A stretch of DNA of 64,000 nt from a virus. Numbering within the stretch: the stretch's first letter is position 1; each line of letters begins with the position of its first letter. A model generated the notes under the pieces. It made no database searches, had not been told where the DNA came from, and saw nothing but the letters and a program-made list of their open reading frames with translations. Below, in pieces: positions 20,578 through 31,952 of the stretch. Position numbers and translations under genes: made by a program. The stretch lies in the IMG/VR virus record IMGVR_UViG_3300044697_000009, positions 1 through 64,000 of that record. The stretch is one strand, 5' to 3'.

Positions 20578-20994
20578 TCATCCAGCTCCCCACGCAATGA
20601 GGGTCAGGGAATATGAATTATTTTGTTGTAACCCTGTTACATTATTAATAGAAATCCCGTTTTGAGTCTGTGTATAGCTTACTGTAACGCCAGAAGTAGG
20701 ATAACTACTTGAATTCTTTGTGTTTGTCACGTTTATGACCGAGATTCCTAGGACTTGACCAGTAAAAGTCAAAGGAAATCCAGTAGTTGTAGTAGGATTG
20801 CCGTTTTGATCGACTTGAACTGTCAATGTCTTTACAGTGCATAGGATATTGTCTTGGAGTGATACATTGTTATCCATGGCTGTATTAAGACTGCTTATAG
20901 CGGTGTTTAGAGAGTATGACAGGGTTTCTATCATAGATTGGAACTGCTTAGCATAATCGGTCTTAAGGATCGTTTTAAATGAAGGTAGCTGCAT
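20578..20994 (-). CDS. Virion structural protein (tail-associated)
   Basis: Follows the nozzle gene; helix plus beta domain. Confidence 0.55.
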   Translation of the reverse strand: MQLPSFKTILKTDYAKQFQSMIETLSYSLNTAISSLNTAMDNNVSLQDNILCTVKTLTVQVDQNGNPTTTTGFPLTFTGQVLGISVINVTNTKNSSSYPTSGVTVSYTQTQNGISINNVTGLQQNNSYSLTLIAWGAG

Positions 20995-20997
20995 ATT

Positions 20998-23900
20998 CTA
21001 TCTATACGCCCTCGTAGATTGCGAGATCTCGCCAGTTAAGCTTAAACCGTATATAGCGAATTCTTCTCTAGCAATCTGGTGTTGAAATTGACAGTTAAGA
21101 TATCGACATCGTTGACAATTTCTAGGAATATATGTACGAAATGGAGCAGAATTTGAAATACCACCGAAGAAATTACCACCAAATCCAGGATTACCACCAC
21201 TAGAATTAGGCATATTCACGCCCGTTCCAGTAAATCCAAAGATTCCATTACCATCCCCAGGTATAGTAATTGGGATATAAGCAGGTAAAAGGTCAGTTGA
21301 GAAACTCATAGTTGCGGTAGTAAAGGCCTTGTTTTGAAACATGAGTGTTGCTTCTCTCATATGCTTAAGACCAAGTGGATCATTTAAAGTCTGAGGAGCC
21401 CATGTAACCGATGTAGGTATGCTGTTGTAAATTGTAATAGGACCTACAACAAAATCCAATGCATAGTTGACATAGATATTTGAATTAGCATTATTAACAG
21501 ATTGGATACTTGTTATAATAGCTTCTTGAATCGTAGTTTCAGTAACAGTTGAGTAATTATGAAATGTACAACCAAGATCAGTGTTCATTGTATTGATCAT
21601 TGAGTTAAAACTTGTTTGAATATCTCTAAAGTCTTCATTATCAACAAAGAAGCTTCCAGAAGTTCCAGGGACAGTAACACTTACTGGGACTGAAAACGTA
21701 TTATCGTCAATCACAGTGACTTGATACGTACCATCAATACTAGGTGTTGAGTTACTTCCTGAGATCGTGATAACCCGACCAGTTTGAAGATTATGATTAT
21801 CACATGTAATAACAGTAGGATCTGCAGCTGAAATATTAGTTATAGTTCCAGTACCTTCGATTGTTTCAAATGCTTCATAAACATCAGCTGCCGTTGCACC
21901 ACTTTGAGCCAATCGTTTAGAATCATTGGCTACTTGATTAATCAATGCGTCAACAGCAGTTCTAAGATCAACTCCAGCTGAAATCTCTAGGTTCTCAGTA
22001 TACGTATGAGTCAAAGTTACGTCTGTATCCATTTTTTGGAGAAGGTTATTATATCCGTAGACTGTGAGAAGTTGTTCTTGAACAAGTACATCACCAACAT
22101 CGACGTTACTTAGTCCAGTGAATAGTAATTGAGTCCCAAAATATGCATCAACTGCTAACTGAACGTCTATTTCTCGATCTGCATAATCAGTACGATCAAA
22201 ATTCTTACGTTCCTGCTCGATATAATTTGTATCTCCAGCACCTAAATACTGTAAGTCATCAGCAGAATTAATAACTCCGCATGTATCTGTTTTATCAAAA
22301 ACAGACCAAGTATTTGTTAACGTACTATAGCGATAAGCAATTGTAGCGTATGTATCGTCTGTAGAACTAACAGTATAAACAGTATAGCTATTGTCCGATT
22401 CATAACCTATTCCCCAGGTAGCTGAGTTAAAATTAGTGTATTGAGTCGTTGCAAGTGGTAAGACTAAAGTATCTATAGGACGAGAAATAATATTAACGCC
22501 AGCTTCTGATACTGTATGGATACCTTTAGTAGTCCACGCAAAAACCAAGTTGTTCTGAACATCAACCGAATCAGGCGCTATAAGTATAACGCTACTATCA
22601 AACAACGCTAGGTTAAAAGGAGCAACTTCTCCAGATATACGGAATAATCCGTCTTCTTTAAAAACAAATAAACTATCACGTAATGGAAATATTCTTAATA
22701 TTGCTTTATCTTTTGCACCAACATCAATTGTGTTAACAAGCGGCACGGCTTCAGGTTGCAAGTATTGTGAATAATAAATCCTATTTGGAAGGACTTGATC
22801 GTCACTAACGGGAGCACCATCTGCAGCTCTGATACTTCCAGTTGTACCAGCAACTGTTACATGTACTGGAATACTAAAAGTATTAGCGTCAATAACCGTT
22901 GCCGTGTATAATCCATCGATATTTGGTGTTGAGTTACTACCTATAATCAAGACTTGATCTAGATTTGTTAAACCATGGCTTGTAGCAGTAATTACTGTAG
23001 GATTAGCAGCGGTGATATTAGTTATAGTATCAGAAGGTGAAAGATCTGGGTTAAAACTTGTACCAACGTTTTCATCGTTAGCTATGACATAAAATGGATT
23101 TGAAGACAATGTTCGTTCTTGAAGTGAAATTTGTCCAGGAACTGTTAAACTACTAGAAAGATAATATGCATTAACTGAGCTATCAGCGTTTTGATTAATG
23201 ATTCTAACAAGACTTCTAGCAGTTTCATCAACTGCCGTCGCTGGAGATTCAGAAGTAGACAACAATACAGTATTGGTTGCGGCATTTTCACCAGTACCAG
23301 ATTGAGTCGTAGTAACAGTAAATCCACTTGTACCAGCTGCCGAAGCTGAAGTAATTCCATCACCAACCGTAGTTATTGTAACGTCATCTCCAGAAACTGT
23401 TGTTATGAAATCATAGTTATATCTAGCAATAGTATAATTTGTTTTAAGGGCAACAGTATTTGCATTATCACCAGAATTCACACTTACACGAATACCAGTT
23501 AATCCGGCAGGAGCAGGATCTGTAGCAGTACCAAGTTCATACCAAACGTAGTATTGAGTCTGATTCTCAGCTGAATTAATAGTAAAATAGCTTGCAGCTC
23601 CAGAACTATTTAAAGTCGATGCTGCTTTAGTCACGACATCTGTAATTTGTGGAGTTCCTGTTGCGAAGTTATAAGTCGTAGTATGTATACCATCAGTAAT
23701 CATTAACAATGGAGTAATGGAATTATTAAAATCGGTAATCATCTTAGCAACGCCAAGAAGATTTATGGTTAATTGATGCGGGCTTCTTGTATTGGCATAG
23801 AACATACAGTTCTTGAAATAGTTCATGTCAACGCAATAAGGCGGAGCTTGATTTGCACTTAAAATCCCAGTTCCATTTGCAGCATCGGTATACAAGAATG

Positions 23901-26193
23901 CGCCCAAAAATGCATCTGGAGTATCATCAGTAACAATAATATAACCATTTGATATATCAGTATTAGTCGGATAAGCTTCGTAGACTTGTTGAAGTTCATC
24001 ACTAGGTGAGACATCCGTCTGAATTACAGAAGGGCCAGTTGCTATTGCTTGAGGAGATCTATAGATTTGAAAAAAGTCGTTTGTAGTAACACCTTGAGGT
24101 ATAGTTATTCTTAAGACAACATTAGCTGTTGTCGTTAAGCTAAGCCCTGAGATATATTTTGACATAGAATCTGGAGATATAACAGGAGTTGTTCCAGAGG
24201 TAGGCTCAGTTTGAAGTGCAGTAAGTATTGACCTAAGATATGTTTGTAATGCAACGAGTTCTGCATCGGTAGCTGGAGAATCAGGAACTGCCGGTTGAGT
24301 AATATTTGTAAATGTATTGCTATTAATTGTAGCTGAAACTACACTAACAAGTCCGGTAGCTGATGTCAAAAAAGTAATACCAGGTCCAAAAGTAAATGTC
24401 ACACCGGTATTATTGACGTTAATTCCACTTGAAATAGTAACGGTATTAGGACCAGCAGCTCCTATTGCTGTTACATACGTATAACTAGGAATTCCTGTAC
24501 CGGATACAAGGCTTCCTACAAAGATTCCTGAGATATCGGCTAAATTTGTTAATACGTTATTTGCAACGCCAGACGTTGTCGTGTTAACTGTGAATACTGT
24601 AGTACCTGCAGTCGCATCAATAGAAGGACCAACATTTGCGTTAGTAATCGTTAAAAGATTTGATATAGTAAAGCTACCAGCACTACCAGCAACAGTAACA
24701 TCAACTGGAACTGTAAATTGAGTTGAATTCAATACAGTCACGGTCTGAGACCCATCGATACTAGGTGTTGAGTTACTACCAGAAATCGTAATAGTATCGC
24801 CAGTAGCTAATCCATGTGGTGTCAATGTAGTGACTAAAGTAGGATTTGCAACAGAGATATTTGATATATTTATAGTTGAAGACGTAGTTGTAATACTAAA
24901 ATCTGATGTAGCTCCTAGAATTGCTGCAGATGTTTGACTAGCAACAGTAGCGGCGTCGTCATTTGTAGTTAAAGACACCTGAATTCCAGTCTTACCAGGA
25001 AGTGCCGGGTCATTACCTGCCGATGAGACTTGATACCAAACGTAGTATTCTGTTACGTTATTGGCATTATTAAGCGTGAAATAGCTTCCAGCTAAACTCT
25101 GAGAATAATCAGCACCAGTTGCAACAGTTGTTACTTGTGCAGTACCACTTGATTCATTACCGGTAGTAGTAAAAGTATTAAACACACTAGATACTGTCTC
25201 AGGACCATCTAGTGTTCCAGTTGTGGGAGTAAATCCCGAAAGATTAATCGATTGGCCAGATACGAAATAATCATTGGGATCTACTCCCGTGTTAGTAAAG
25301 GCGACACTGGCAACGCCATTACTTATGCTACTACCAGAGATCTGAAGCGGAGCAACTGATACTTGATCGGCATAAACTATATCAGCGTCTAATTCTTCTG
25401 TCAGATTTATTAAATTTTCTTGTAATTCAATGCCTGTTGCATTTGTTGATAATCCGTATGTTTCAACAAATTGATTAAACGTAATAAGGCTCGGATTACT
25501 TGAGTTATTTGCTGTATCATCTAATGCACCTAAAAGATTCATAAAATCTCTTAACAAAAGACTAAGCAATGGATTATATATAGTTACAGGCTCACTTGGA
25601 GATCCATAAATCAAGTTATCATTGACGTCAATTGTATTCCATAATACACGATACTCAACACCAGCGTCTTGAGTCATATATCCAGTTTGACTACCAGTTG
25701 TGACATCAAGTGTTGCAGTTAAATCTAAAGCATTGATGCCGCCAGCATTAGTTATATATCCATCCGCAGTTGTGAATTGACTTGGATCAGAAGCTGAGAT
25801 TTTTTGAACACCATTTGAAGTCGTGAAATAAAAATTACTATTGGCCTCAATAAAACGAATTCTACGTCCTGTTTGAGGTTCAGTATAACTACCGGCAAAT
25901 GTATTAAAGATCTCATTTCCACTTGTATCAGTTGTACCGGTATCGTATTGAAGACTTGTTGCAAAATGTCTTAAGATTCTATTTTTGTAGACTGCAAGTT
26001 GTTTTGCTCTATCGTTTTCATCTCCAAAGCTTTGGCCATAGAGTTGATATCCACGACGACTCTCAATAACGCCATCACGTTTAATAATAACGTTAGTTGC
26101 TTCCATTAAACTACCAGGAGGAGTTAAATCTGGATCAAGAGAGTTCGGTTGTGGATTCAAACCGATAGCTTTTAAGAGAACACTTGCGGACAT
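20998..26193 (-). CDS. Tail nozzle / tubular protein B-like, with inserted repeat domains
   Basis: 1731 aa; NV.I.RDGVIESRRG start, RIYYS..QPEAVP, LFVFKEDGLFRISG beta-propeller-like segments; follows the adaptor. Confidence 0.7.
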   Translation of the reverse strand: MSASVLLKAIGLNPQPNSLDPDLTPPGSLMEATNVIIKRDGVIESRRGYQLYGQSFGDENDRAKQLAVYKNRILRHFATSLQYDTGTTDTSGNEIFNTFAGSYTEPQTGRRIRFIEANSNFYFTTSNGVQKISASDPSQFTTADGYITNAGGINALDLTATLDVTTGSQTGYMTQDAGVEYRVLWNTIDVNDNLIYGSPSEPVTIYNPLLSLLLRDFMNLLGALDDTANNSSNPSLITFNQFVETYGLSTNATGIELQENLINLTEELDADIVYADQVSVAPLQISGSSISNGVASVAFTNTGVDPNDYFVSGQSINLSGFTPTTGTLDGPETVSSVFNTFTTTGNESSGTAQVTTVATGADYSQSLAGSYFTLNNANNVTEYYVWYQVSSAGNDPALPGKTGIQVSLTTNDDAATVASQTSAAILGATSDFSITTTSSTINISNISVANPTLVTTLTPHGLATGDTITISGSNSTPSIDGSQTVTVLNSTQFTVPVDVTVAGSAGSFTISNLLTITNANVGPSIDATAGTTVFTVNTTTSGVANNVLTNLADISGIFVGSLVSGTGIPSYTYVTAIGAAGPNTVTISSGINVNNTGVTFTFGPGITFLTSATGLVSVVSATINSNTFTNITQPAVPDSPATDAELVALQTYLRSILTALQTEPTSGTTPVISPDSMSKYISGLSLTTTANVVLRITIPQGVTTNDFFQIYRSPQAIATGPSVIQTDVSPSDELQQVYEAYPTNTDISNGYIIVTDDTPDAFLGAFLYTDAANGTGILSANQAPPYCVDMNYFKNCMFYANTRSPHQLTINLLGVAKMITDFNNSITPLLMITDGIHTTTYNFATGTPQITDVVTKAASTLNSSGAASYFTINSAENQTQYYVWYELGTATDPAPAGLTGIRVSVNSGDNANTVALKTNYTIARYNYDFITTVSGDDVTITTVGDGITSASAAGTSGFTVTTTQSGTGENAATNTVLLSTSESPATAVDETARSLVRIINQNADSSVNAYYLSSSLTVPGQISLQERTLSSNPFYVIANDENVGTSFNPDLSPSDTITNITAANPTVITATSHGLTNLDQVLIIGSNSTPNIDGLYTATVIDANTFSIPVHVTVAGTTGSIRAADGAPVSDDQVLPNRIYYSQYLQPEAVPLVNTIDVGAKDKAILRIFPLRDSLFVFKEDGLFRISGEVAPFNLALFDSSVILIAPDSVDVQNNLVFAWTTKGIHTVSEAGVNIISRPIDTLVLPLATTQYTNFNSATWGIGYESDNSYTVYTVSSTDDTYATIAYRYSTLTNTWSVFDKTDTCGVINSADDLQYLGAGDTNYIEQERKNFDRTDYADREIDVQLAVDAYFGTQLLFTGLSNVDVGDVLVQEQLLTVYGYNNLLQKMDTDVTLTHTYTENLEISAGVDLRTAVDALINQVANDSKRLAQSGATAADVYEAFETIEGTGTITNISAADPTVITCDNHNLQTGRVITISGSNSTPSIDGTYQVTVIDDNTFSVPVSVTVPGTSGSFFVDNEDFRDIQTSFNSMINTMNTDLGCTFHNYSTVTETTIQEAIITSIQSVNNANSNIYVNYALDFVVGPITIYNSIPTSVTWAPQTLNDPLGLKHMREATLMFQNKAFTTATMSFSTDLLPAYIPITIPGDGNGIFGFTGTGVNMPNSSGGNPGFGGNFFGGISNSAPFRTYIPRNCQRCRYLNCQFQHQIAREEFAIYGLSLTGEISQSTRAYR

Positions 26194-26194
26194 G

Positions 26195-27778
26195 TTATAC
26201 CCTGCGTCTCACGCCCATTTTATTGTAACGAAGTAAACTATGGCGAGCTGTGATTTTTTGTGGAGTTCCTTCTACACGATCATCAAGCAATGTACCTTGT
26301 TGTTGGTTCATTTCCTGAATCTTTTGTAAAGAATTCTGAAGACCTTGTTGATCGCCAAGACTTGCGAGTATTCTTGCCGCTGCACGTTCTGCTAAAGAAT
26401 TATGTAAATCAGGAGGAAGTTGTGGAATAATTGCTTCATTAGCAGGACAAATATAGTCTCCGACGCTTAATCCTATTCCGTTATAAGCATTTGGAACCGG
26501 AATATCTACTGCATTGAAATAAATCGTATTACCAGAAATCGAGACAATCGGAATATCCCAATTAAAGATTCTATGTCCTGGATTAGTTTGTAGGAAATCG
26601 ATAAGATTTCCATTTGCATAAACACCAGAAGGAATACTAACAAAGTCAATACCCTGAGTACCAGTGACAATTCCATTTGTATTCAACGTTGGAATACTAA
26701 AAGCTTTTGAATTATTTGTAGTGAATGAATAACTAACATTAGAATACTGAATATGAGCTACATCAGTTGATGAATTCCCATTTGTAGCATTGTTGATAAT
26801 TCCAGTAAGCGCATTTAATGCAATAACGAAATTACTAGTTGTAGTAACTGAACTACCAGAATCAATCAAGAATTGATTAGGACTTGTAAAACTACCTGAA
26901 GACCCATTTCCTGTGATAGTAGCTGCGATTTGGAAATTGTCATTATCTACGATGTTAATTACTTGATACGTTCCATCAATACTAGGGGTAGAATCACTTC
27001 CAGAGATTACAACAGTTTGTCCAAGAGTTAAATAATGATTATCGGCAGTGATTTGAACAGTACCAGTTTGAGGTGAAGTAATACTTGTAATTGATACAGA
27101 AGAACTAGGAACTGCAGTTAAAGTCGCAATTGGAGTTGTATAGACTTCATAACTACCAGGTAAATAACTCTGATAAGGAGGGTTTCCAACGGCAGGGAGA
27201 ACTGAAACCGTTTGGACAAGTTGGATATTAAATACATCACCTGGATTCATTACACTACTATTTACTGTAATGTCTTGTGAAAAATACTGAATAATTGCAG
27301 CTTGGTCATTGGTAACGAGTTGATTCGGACGAATATAAAACGACATTACAAACTGACCAGTAGGATCAGCAGTAACAGCAGGTAAAAGAACGATATCATT
27401 ACCTTCTACGTAATATTTATGAACCGCCTGATTAGCACCGATATTTCTTTGAAAGAAAGCTTTGTCATCAGGTGAGACACGAGTCATATCGAACATATTG
27501 CCGGCATTATCTTGCCATTTTATGTCACGAAGTCTCATACCAATTGCACGATTGGGAATTGGATAACGATTAATTCCAGTAGTTAAAGGTACGACTTCAT
27601 ACGTAACAAAGAATTCTTCATGATACGTCAATACACTTGGGACTTGAGAAATATACATTTCTTCGTTCACAAATGCGAGAATATCGTCATTGCTAAATGT
27701 GTTTTGACTTATCGGAAAAGCAATCTTACGTTGAATACTAGCGATAAGGTCATCACTCGTCAGCCACGGATTAGCCAT
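26195..27778 (-). CDS. Head-tail adaptor / tubular protein A-like with inserted domain
   Basis: N-terminal DDLIASIQRK..DDILAFVNEE helices; C-terminal IPQLP.DLHNSL helices. Confidence 0.7.
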   Translation of the reverse strand: MANPWLTSDDLIASIQRKIAFPISQNTFSNDDILAFVNEEMYISQVPSVLTYHEEFFVTYEVVPLTTGINRYPIPNRAIGMRLRDIKWQDNAGNMFDMTRVSPDDKAFFQRNIGANQAVHKYYVEGNDIVLLPAVTADPTGQFVMSFYIRPNQLVTNDQAAIIQYFSQDITVNSSVMNPGDVFNIQLVQTVSVLPAVGNPPYQSYLPGSYEVYTTPIATLTAVPSSSVSITSITSPQTGTVQITADNHYLTLGQTVVISGSDSTPSIDGTYQVINIVDNDNFQIAATITGNGSSGSFTSPNQFLIDSGSSVTTTSNFVIALNALTGIINNATNGNSSTDVAHIQYSNVSYSFTTNNSKAFSIPTLNTNGIVTGTQGIDFVSIPSGVYANGNLIDFLQTNPGHRIFNWDIPIVSISGNTIYFNAVDIPVPNAYNGIGLSVGDYICPANEAIIPQLPPDLHNSLAERAAARILASLGDQQGLQNSLQKIQEMNQQQGTLLDDRVEGTPQKITARHSLLRYNKMGVRRRV

Positions 27779-27801
27779 TTAAAGCTCCTGTGGTTTCAGT
27801 A

Positions 27802-28338
27802 TTAATATGGATTTTCAGATTTCTTTGAGCTACGTTTTTTCTTCAAAGCCATGAGTTTTTCAAGCTTTGCATTTAACTCGTCTTCATCCATATCTTCAGG
27901 CATATCACCTTGCATTTCAGAAGCAGCAGGAGAACCATGTTCTTCATGAGCAGACAAAGCATCATGGACGGTGTTTTCAGCGTCATCAACCATATCATTC
28001 ATTTCTGAATCACTGGTATCATGTTCTGGAACATCGCCGCCTTCACTCATTTGAAGACTATCATCGTCGGAGTTTTGGTCCATAGACATATCGGGACTTT
28101 GATCAGGATTTTCTTCTTGATCAACGACTTGTTTAGCTTTGTCAAGACCGGCTTTCAAGTCCTCAGGACTATCAGCGGCGACAACGGCTTTATGGACTTC
28201 AGGCGAAGCCATTTTGTGATGCATGTGCTGGGCAGCTAAATCTCTTAGATGCGAAACAACATCCATCTTTGCAGCTTTTTCGGCGTCAGAAAGATTTTTC
28301 TTACCTTTCATCACCTTTTCTAGTTTTTCTCGTAACAT
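27802..28338 (-). CDS. Acidic hypothetical virion protein
   Basis: AAGGGAG RBS; contains MSEGGDV motif. Confidence 0.6.
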   Translation of the reverse strand: MLREKLEKVMKGKKNLSDAEKAAKMDVVSHLRDLAAQHMHHKMASPEVHKAVVAADSPEDLKAGLDKAKQVVDQEENPDQSPDMSMDQNSDDDSLQMSEGGDVPEHDTSDSEMNDMVDDAENTVHDALSAHEEHGSPAASEMQGDMPEDMDEDELNAKLEKLMALKKKRSSKKSENPY

Positions 28339-28359
28339 TTTATTCTCCCTTTAGAATAG

Positions 28360-28641
28360 TTACACTTTAAAAAATCGTTTAGTACGATTAAATACTCTTG
28401 GTTTTGGAAGTCCTGCGACTTTAACGGGTTCAATCTTAGGCCCTGCAGGAGGAGTTTGAGTCGGTTGTTCTTGTACACTCATTACTCCAGGTTTTCCATA
28501 AGGCGAAGACGTTGCACCTGGAACTGAAGTCTTAGGAGTAACACCAACACTAGGAATACTAGGTGCTTGATTCCCTATTTTTCCCAATGCTTGTTCTTTT
28601 TCAAAAAATCCTTTACGTTGATTGGGATTCTTAAAACTCAT
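28360..28641 (-). CDS. Small Pro-rich basic protein
   Basis: MSFKNPNQRKGFF resembles the N-terminus of the upstream small protein. Confidence 0.55.
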   Translation of the reverse strand: MSFKNPNQRKGFFEKEQALGKIGNQAPSIPSVGVTPKTSVPGATSSPYGKPGVMSVQEQPTQTPPAGPKIEPVKVAGLPKPRVFNRTKRFFKV

Positions 28642-28809
28642 TTAGCTTCCTTCCCACATTTTCTTCAAACGTTTGAATTTATGAACTTTCTCTGGTAATT
28701 TTTTACCTTTAGAAGCACGATCAAATTCTTTCACTGTTTTAGGTGAGATTTCACCACGTTCTTCTGCGGCATGAAAAAATCTACGTTGGGCATCTGATTT
28801 ATAAGGCAT
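28642..28809 (-). CDS. Small basic protein MPYKSDAQRRFFH... (55 aa, not in ORF track)
   Basis: Hand translation fills the gap exactly between neighbours; MP.KS.AQRR start recurs in small phage late proteins. Confidence 0.7.
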   Translation of the reverse strand: MPYKSDAQRRFFHAAEERGEISPKTVKEFDRASKGKKLPEKVHKFKRLKKMWEGS

Positions 28810-29861
28810 TATCCTACTACCATCCAGCTATCACTGTCGCCGTTATAACACAAAGCAACATGACCATAATTAGAACTTATTACATAACTTGTTGCACCAT
28901 CTATATGATCTGCTTCATAAGGCGTGACTGTAATATGATTAGTGCCAGCATGACCATCTACATCTTTAATTATGTAATACTGTCCTTGTGTTGCGCCTTG
29001 TGGAAGATTAACAGTACACGCTTTACTAGAAGTTGAAATAGCAACTACGTTATCTATGGTTAAACCAACACTTAATGGAGATGCGGATGAATTATAGTTC
29101 TGAACATTTAAATACACTGAATAATTGAATTGACCTGGACCATCAAGAATAATTGCGTTATTTTGATTTCCATTTCCATCAGTGCCAGTGGTGATAATTA
29201 CACTGCCACCGATTGGACCACTAGTACTATTTGTGCTTCCTGCCATAATATTTATATTACCACCATTAGCTGAGTTAGATGTACCAGCCGAAAGACTTAA
29301 TGCAGCTCCTCCAGCTTGATCTGAATTTCCGCAACTAATATTGACACGTCCTGCTTGGCCAGATCCACTAGAAACGCTACCGCCAGAGATGTTTATAGTA
29401 GAAGCATTTCCGCTTCCAGCATTAGCTATGTTTCCGCCTTTGATGTTTATTACTCCAGCATTACCAGTAGATGAAGGATTAAGTAAATCACCAGTTAACA
29501 ACAGGAGTTCAGATGAATCATTAGAAACAGAATTTGTATCTGTAGAACCAATCATTATTAATTGCTGAGATTGGTCGTCATCAGAAACATTACCAATAAA
29601 TGCGCCTGGTCCAGCTGAATTCAGAGTTAATGAAGCTTCAGCTTCTATAGGACTAGGAAGACCACTACCACCACCTGCATCTTGAAAACTAGGATCAACA
29701 TCAGGGCCATTAGATGTCAGGACTTGACCAGATGTTCCTTGGTTAGATGATTGAACTGCAGTCTGAGCATCTTCAAGTGCTGAAACGACAGTATTCGTGT
29801 ACATTGGATCACCACCAAGTACGCTCTGCAGAAGATTAATTATCGTTTGATTAATAGCCAT
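28809..29861 (-). CDS. Tail fibre/spike-like protein
   Basis: GNxGxIxIxGG beta-helix-like repeats; C-terminal module shared with the other fibres. Confidence 0.7.
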   Translation of the reverse strand: MAINQTIINLLQSVLGGDPMYTNTVVSALEDAQTAVQSSNQGTSGQVLTSNGPDVDPSFQDAGGGSGLPSPIEAEASLTLNSAGPGAFIGNVSDDDQSQQLIMIGSTDTNSVSNDSSELLLLTGDLLNPSSTGNAGVINIKGGNIANAGSGNASTINISGGSVSSGSGQAGRVNISCGNSDQAGGAALSLSAGTSNSANGGNINIMAGSTNSTSGPIGGSVIITTGTDGNGNQNNAIILDGPGQFNYSVYLNVQNYNSSASPLSVGLTIDNVVAISTSSKACTVNLPQGATQGQYYIIKDVDGHAGTNHITVTPYEADHIDGATSYVISSNYGHVALCYNGDSDSWMVVG

Positions 29862-29869
29862 ATATTTCC

Positions 29870-31951
29870 TTATAAAATTCTAACAATAGACATTTCAAGA
29901 GCACTACCATATGCTTCGCCTAAACCGATAGAAAATGTTGGTCCACTAGTAACTTGTTGTAACTTCAGAGTCACACTAGATGAAGTACCAGGTGCATAAA
30001 TTCCTGTTATTGTTACTGGAGATCCTCCAGACCCAGAGCCACCACTGACATATACCGACATTGGAGCAGAAACTACATTTGTTCCATCTGTTAGTTGAAA
30101 CGAACACCAACCAGTTCCACCAGTAGATGAAAATGCTAAAAAAGAAACAAAATAAACAGCACTTGAAGATGCTGGTGTAAATGTTATGCCGGGTAAAGAA
30201 CTACCGGCAGCTGAAACAGTTATATTGTTTGATGTTCTTGTATTTAAAGTATCATTACCGCCAGTCAATCCGAAATCAGCATATCCTATAGTAGAACCGC
30301 CAGTCCAAAAATTGGTATGATCGAAGTATCCAGACCAATATGTATTCGTTGGATTAGAAGTTAATGTAGTCAAAAGTTGTGCTTCTGAACCACCAGATGG
30401 TTTTATATAATAATTGTTATCAGACTTTGGATAAATTGCTACATATCCAGAAGGAACTGATGATGGAGTCGTGATTTTGTTGATGGCGATACCACCAGGA
30501 GACTGAGCCTCTATAGTACCGTTACCACCAGTCTGAAGAAGCAAGATTTCATTATTTGAAGCAACAATGCTTATCCCTGAACCACGATCTGAGACTTCAT
30601 TAGTTAATATCGTGTTTTGAAATGTTTTATTACCAGCAAATGTTTGAGCCCCTGTATTAACCATTCCTGGATTGGTAGCTGAAGCACTTTGTGCATAGAG
30701 ATCGTTGCTTACGATTACTAAACCGTTACTTGACGCACTCTGTGAATCAAAAGTTCCAATTGTATTGACACCACTTCCGCCACCACCAGAACTGCCACCA
30801 AATGAATACCAATTCGTACCATCTGAGTAATAAGCCGCAGAACCGTAGTTTGAAGAAATCGTGGCACTAGAAGCACCATCAATTGTTTCTGAACTATGAG
30901 GATCAATAGTAATATTGTGTGTAGCTGAAGCGCCTTTATAGTCTTTTACATAAATTACACGACCTGAAGTAGGACTAGGTAACGTAATAGTCGATACGGC
31001 ACTACTGACATCAACATCCAAGAAATAATCAGTTGTTGAATTATCAACTGAATAACTTCCAGACACGGCATTAGTTGTAAAACGAATTCCACCTAGAAAT
31101 TCATGAACTGCAGTACTACTTGCGGCACCAAGTGTGACTTGACTACTAGTAGAATTACCTAAAACAGTGTTTCCATCAGATGTCAATGCACCAGTAAATG
31201 TTTTACTGCCAGAAAAACTCTGAGTCCCAGTATTGACCAATCCAGGTTCTGTACTAGAAGCAGATTGAGTAGATAATACGTTACTAACAAGGCTTAAACC
31301 ATTTGAGTTCGCGCTCTGTGAATCTAAAGCACCGATACTTGTTGGAACACTTGATATTCCAAGCATTGTGTTGACTTGTGACACTGTCAGGTCACTAGGT
31401 GAGGCTGAACTACCTGTATTATTACCCTTTAAAGTATTGGATGCCATCTGTGAGAGATTTGAATTCCCAACAGTATTAGATGCAAGATTTGCTCCGGTAA
31501 TGCCAGCAGATCCTGAGAGATTTGTATTTGTCAGTCCAGTGATTGTATTACTACCGGCAGCGATTGTTTTATTAGTCAATGTATCTGTAGTATTTCTACC
31601 AACTAATGTATCAGTTGCATCGGGAAGTGTGACTGTACGATTTGCAGTTTGAACGCCAGCGAGAGTTAATTCAGTACCAGTTGTAGCACCAGAAACAGAG
31701 AAATCAATGACCTTTGTCGTATCTGTAGGATCTACGAAATCGGTATTAGAAGCGTCTAAGTCTTTATTTTGCAACCTATTAGCACCTTGATCTGCATGAG
31801 TCTCAGTTACGACTGGAGATGCATTAGTGCCGTTATGAAAATTGATTTTGTTGATTGTGTTTAAGACTTCAATCTCACCTAGTTGACTAACACTTGATGT
31901 AGACACCGGAACGACTTGAAATCCGAACATTAAACGACGTATATTAAGCAT
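29870..31951 (-). CDS. Tail fibre protein
   Basis: Ser/Thr/Gly-rich; internal repeats QSASSTEPGLVNTGTQSF / QSASATNPGMVNTGAQTF. Confidence 0.75.
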   Translation of the reverse strand: MLNIRRLMFGFQVVPVSTSSVSQLGEIEVLNTINKINFHNGTNASPVVTETHADQGANRLQNKDLDASNTDFVDPTDTTKVIDFSVSGATTGTELTLAGVQTANRTVTLPDATDTLVGRNTTDTLTNKTIAAGSNTITGLTNTNLSGSAGITGANLASNTVGNSNLSQMASNTLKGNNTGSSASPSDLTVSQVNTMLGISSVPTSIGALDSQSANSNGLSLVSNVLSTQSASSTEPGLVNTGTQSFSGSKTFTGALTSDGNTVLGNSTSSQVTLGAASSTAVHEFLGGIRFTTNAVSGSYSVDNSTTDYFLDVDVSSAVSTITLPSPTSGRVIYVKDYKGASATHNITIDPHSSETIDGASSATISSNYGSAAYYSDGTNWYSFGGSSGGGGSGVNTIGTFDSQSASSNGLVIVSNDLYAQSASATNPGMVNTGAQTFAGNKTFQNTILTNEVSDRGSGISIVASNNEILLLQTGGNGTIEAQSPGGIAINKITTPSSVPSGYVAIYPKSDNNYYIKPSGGSEAQLLTTLTSNPTNTYWSGYFDHTNFWTGGSTIGYADFGLTGGNDTLNTRTSNNITVSAAGSSLPGITFTPASSSAVYFVSFLAFSSTGGTGWCSFQLTDGTNVVSAPMSVYVSGGSGSGGSPVTITGIYAPGTSSSVTLKLQQVTSGPTFSIGLGEAYGSALEMSIVRIL

Positions 31952-31952
31952 A

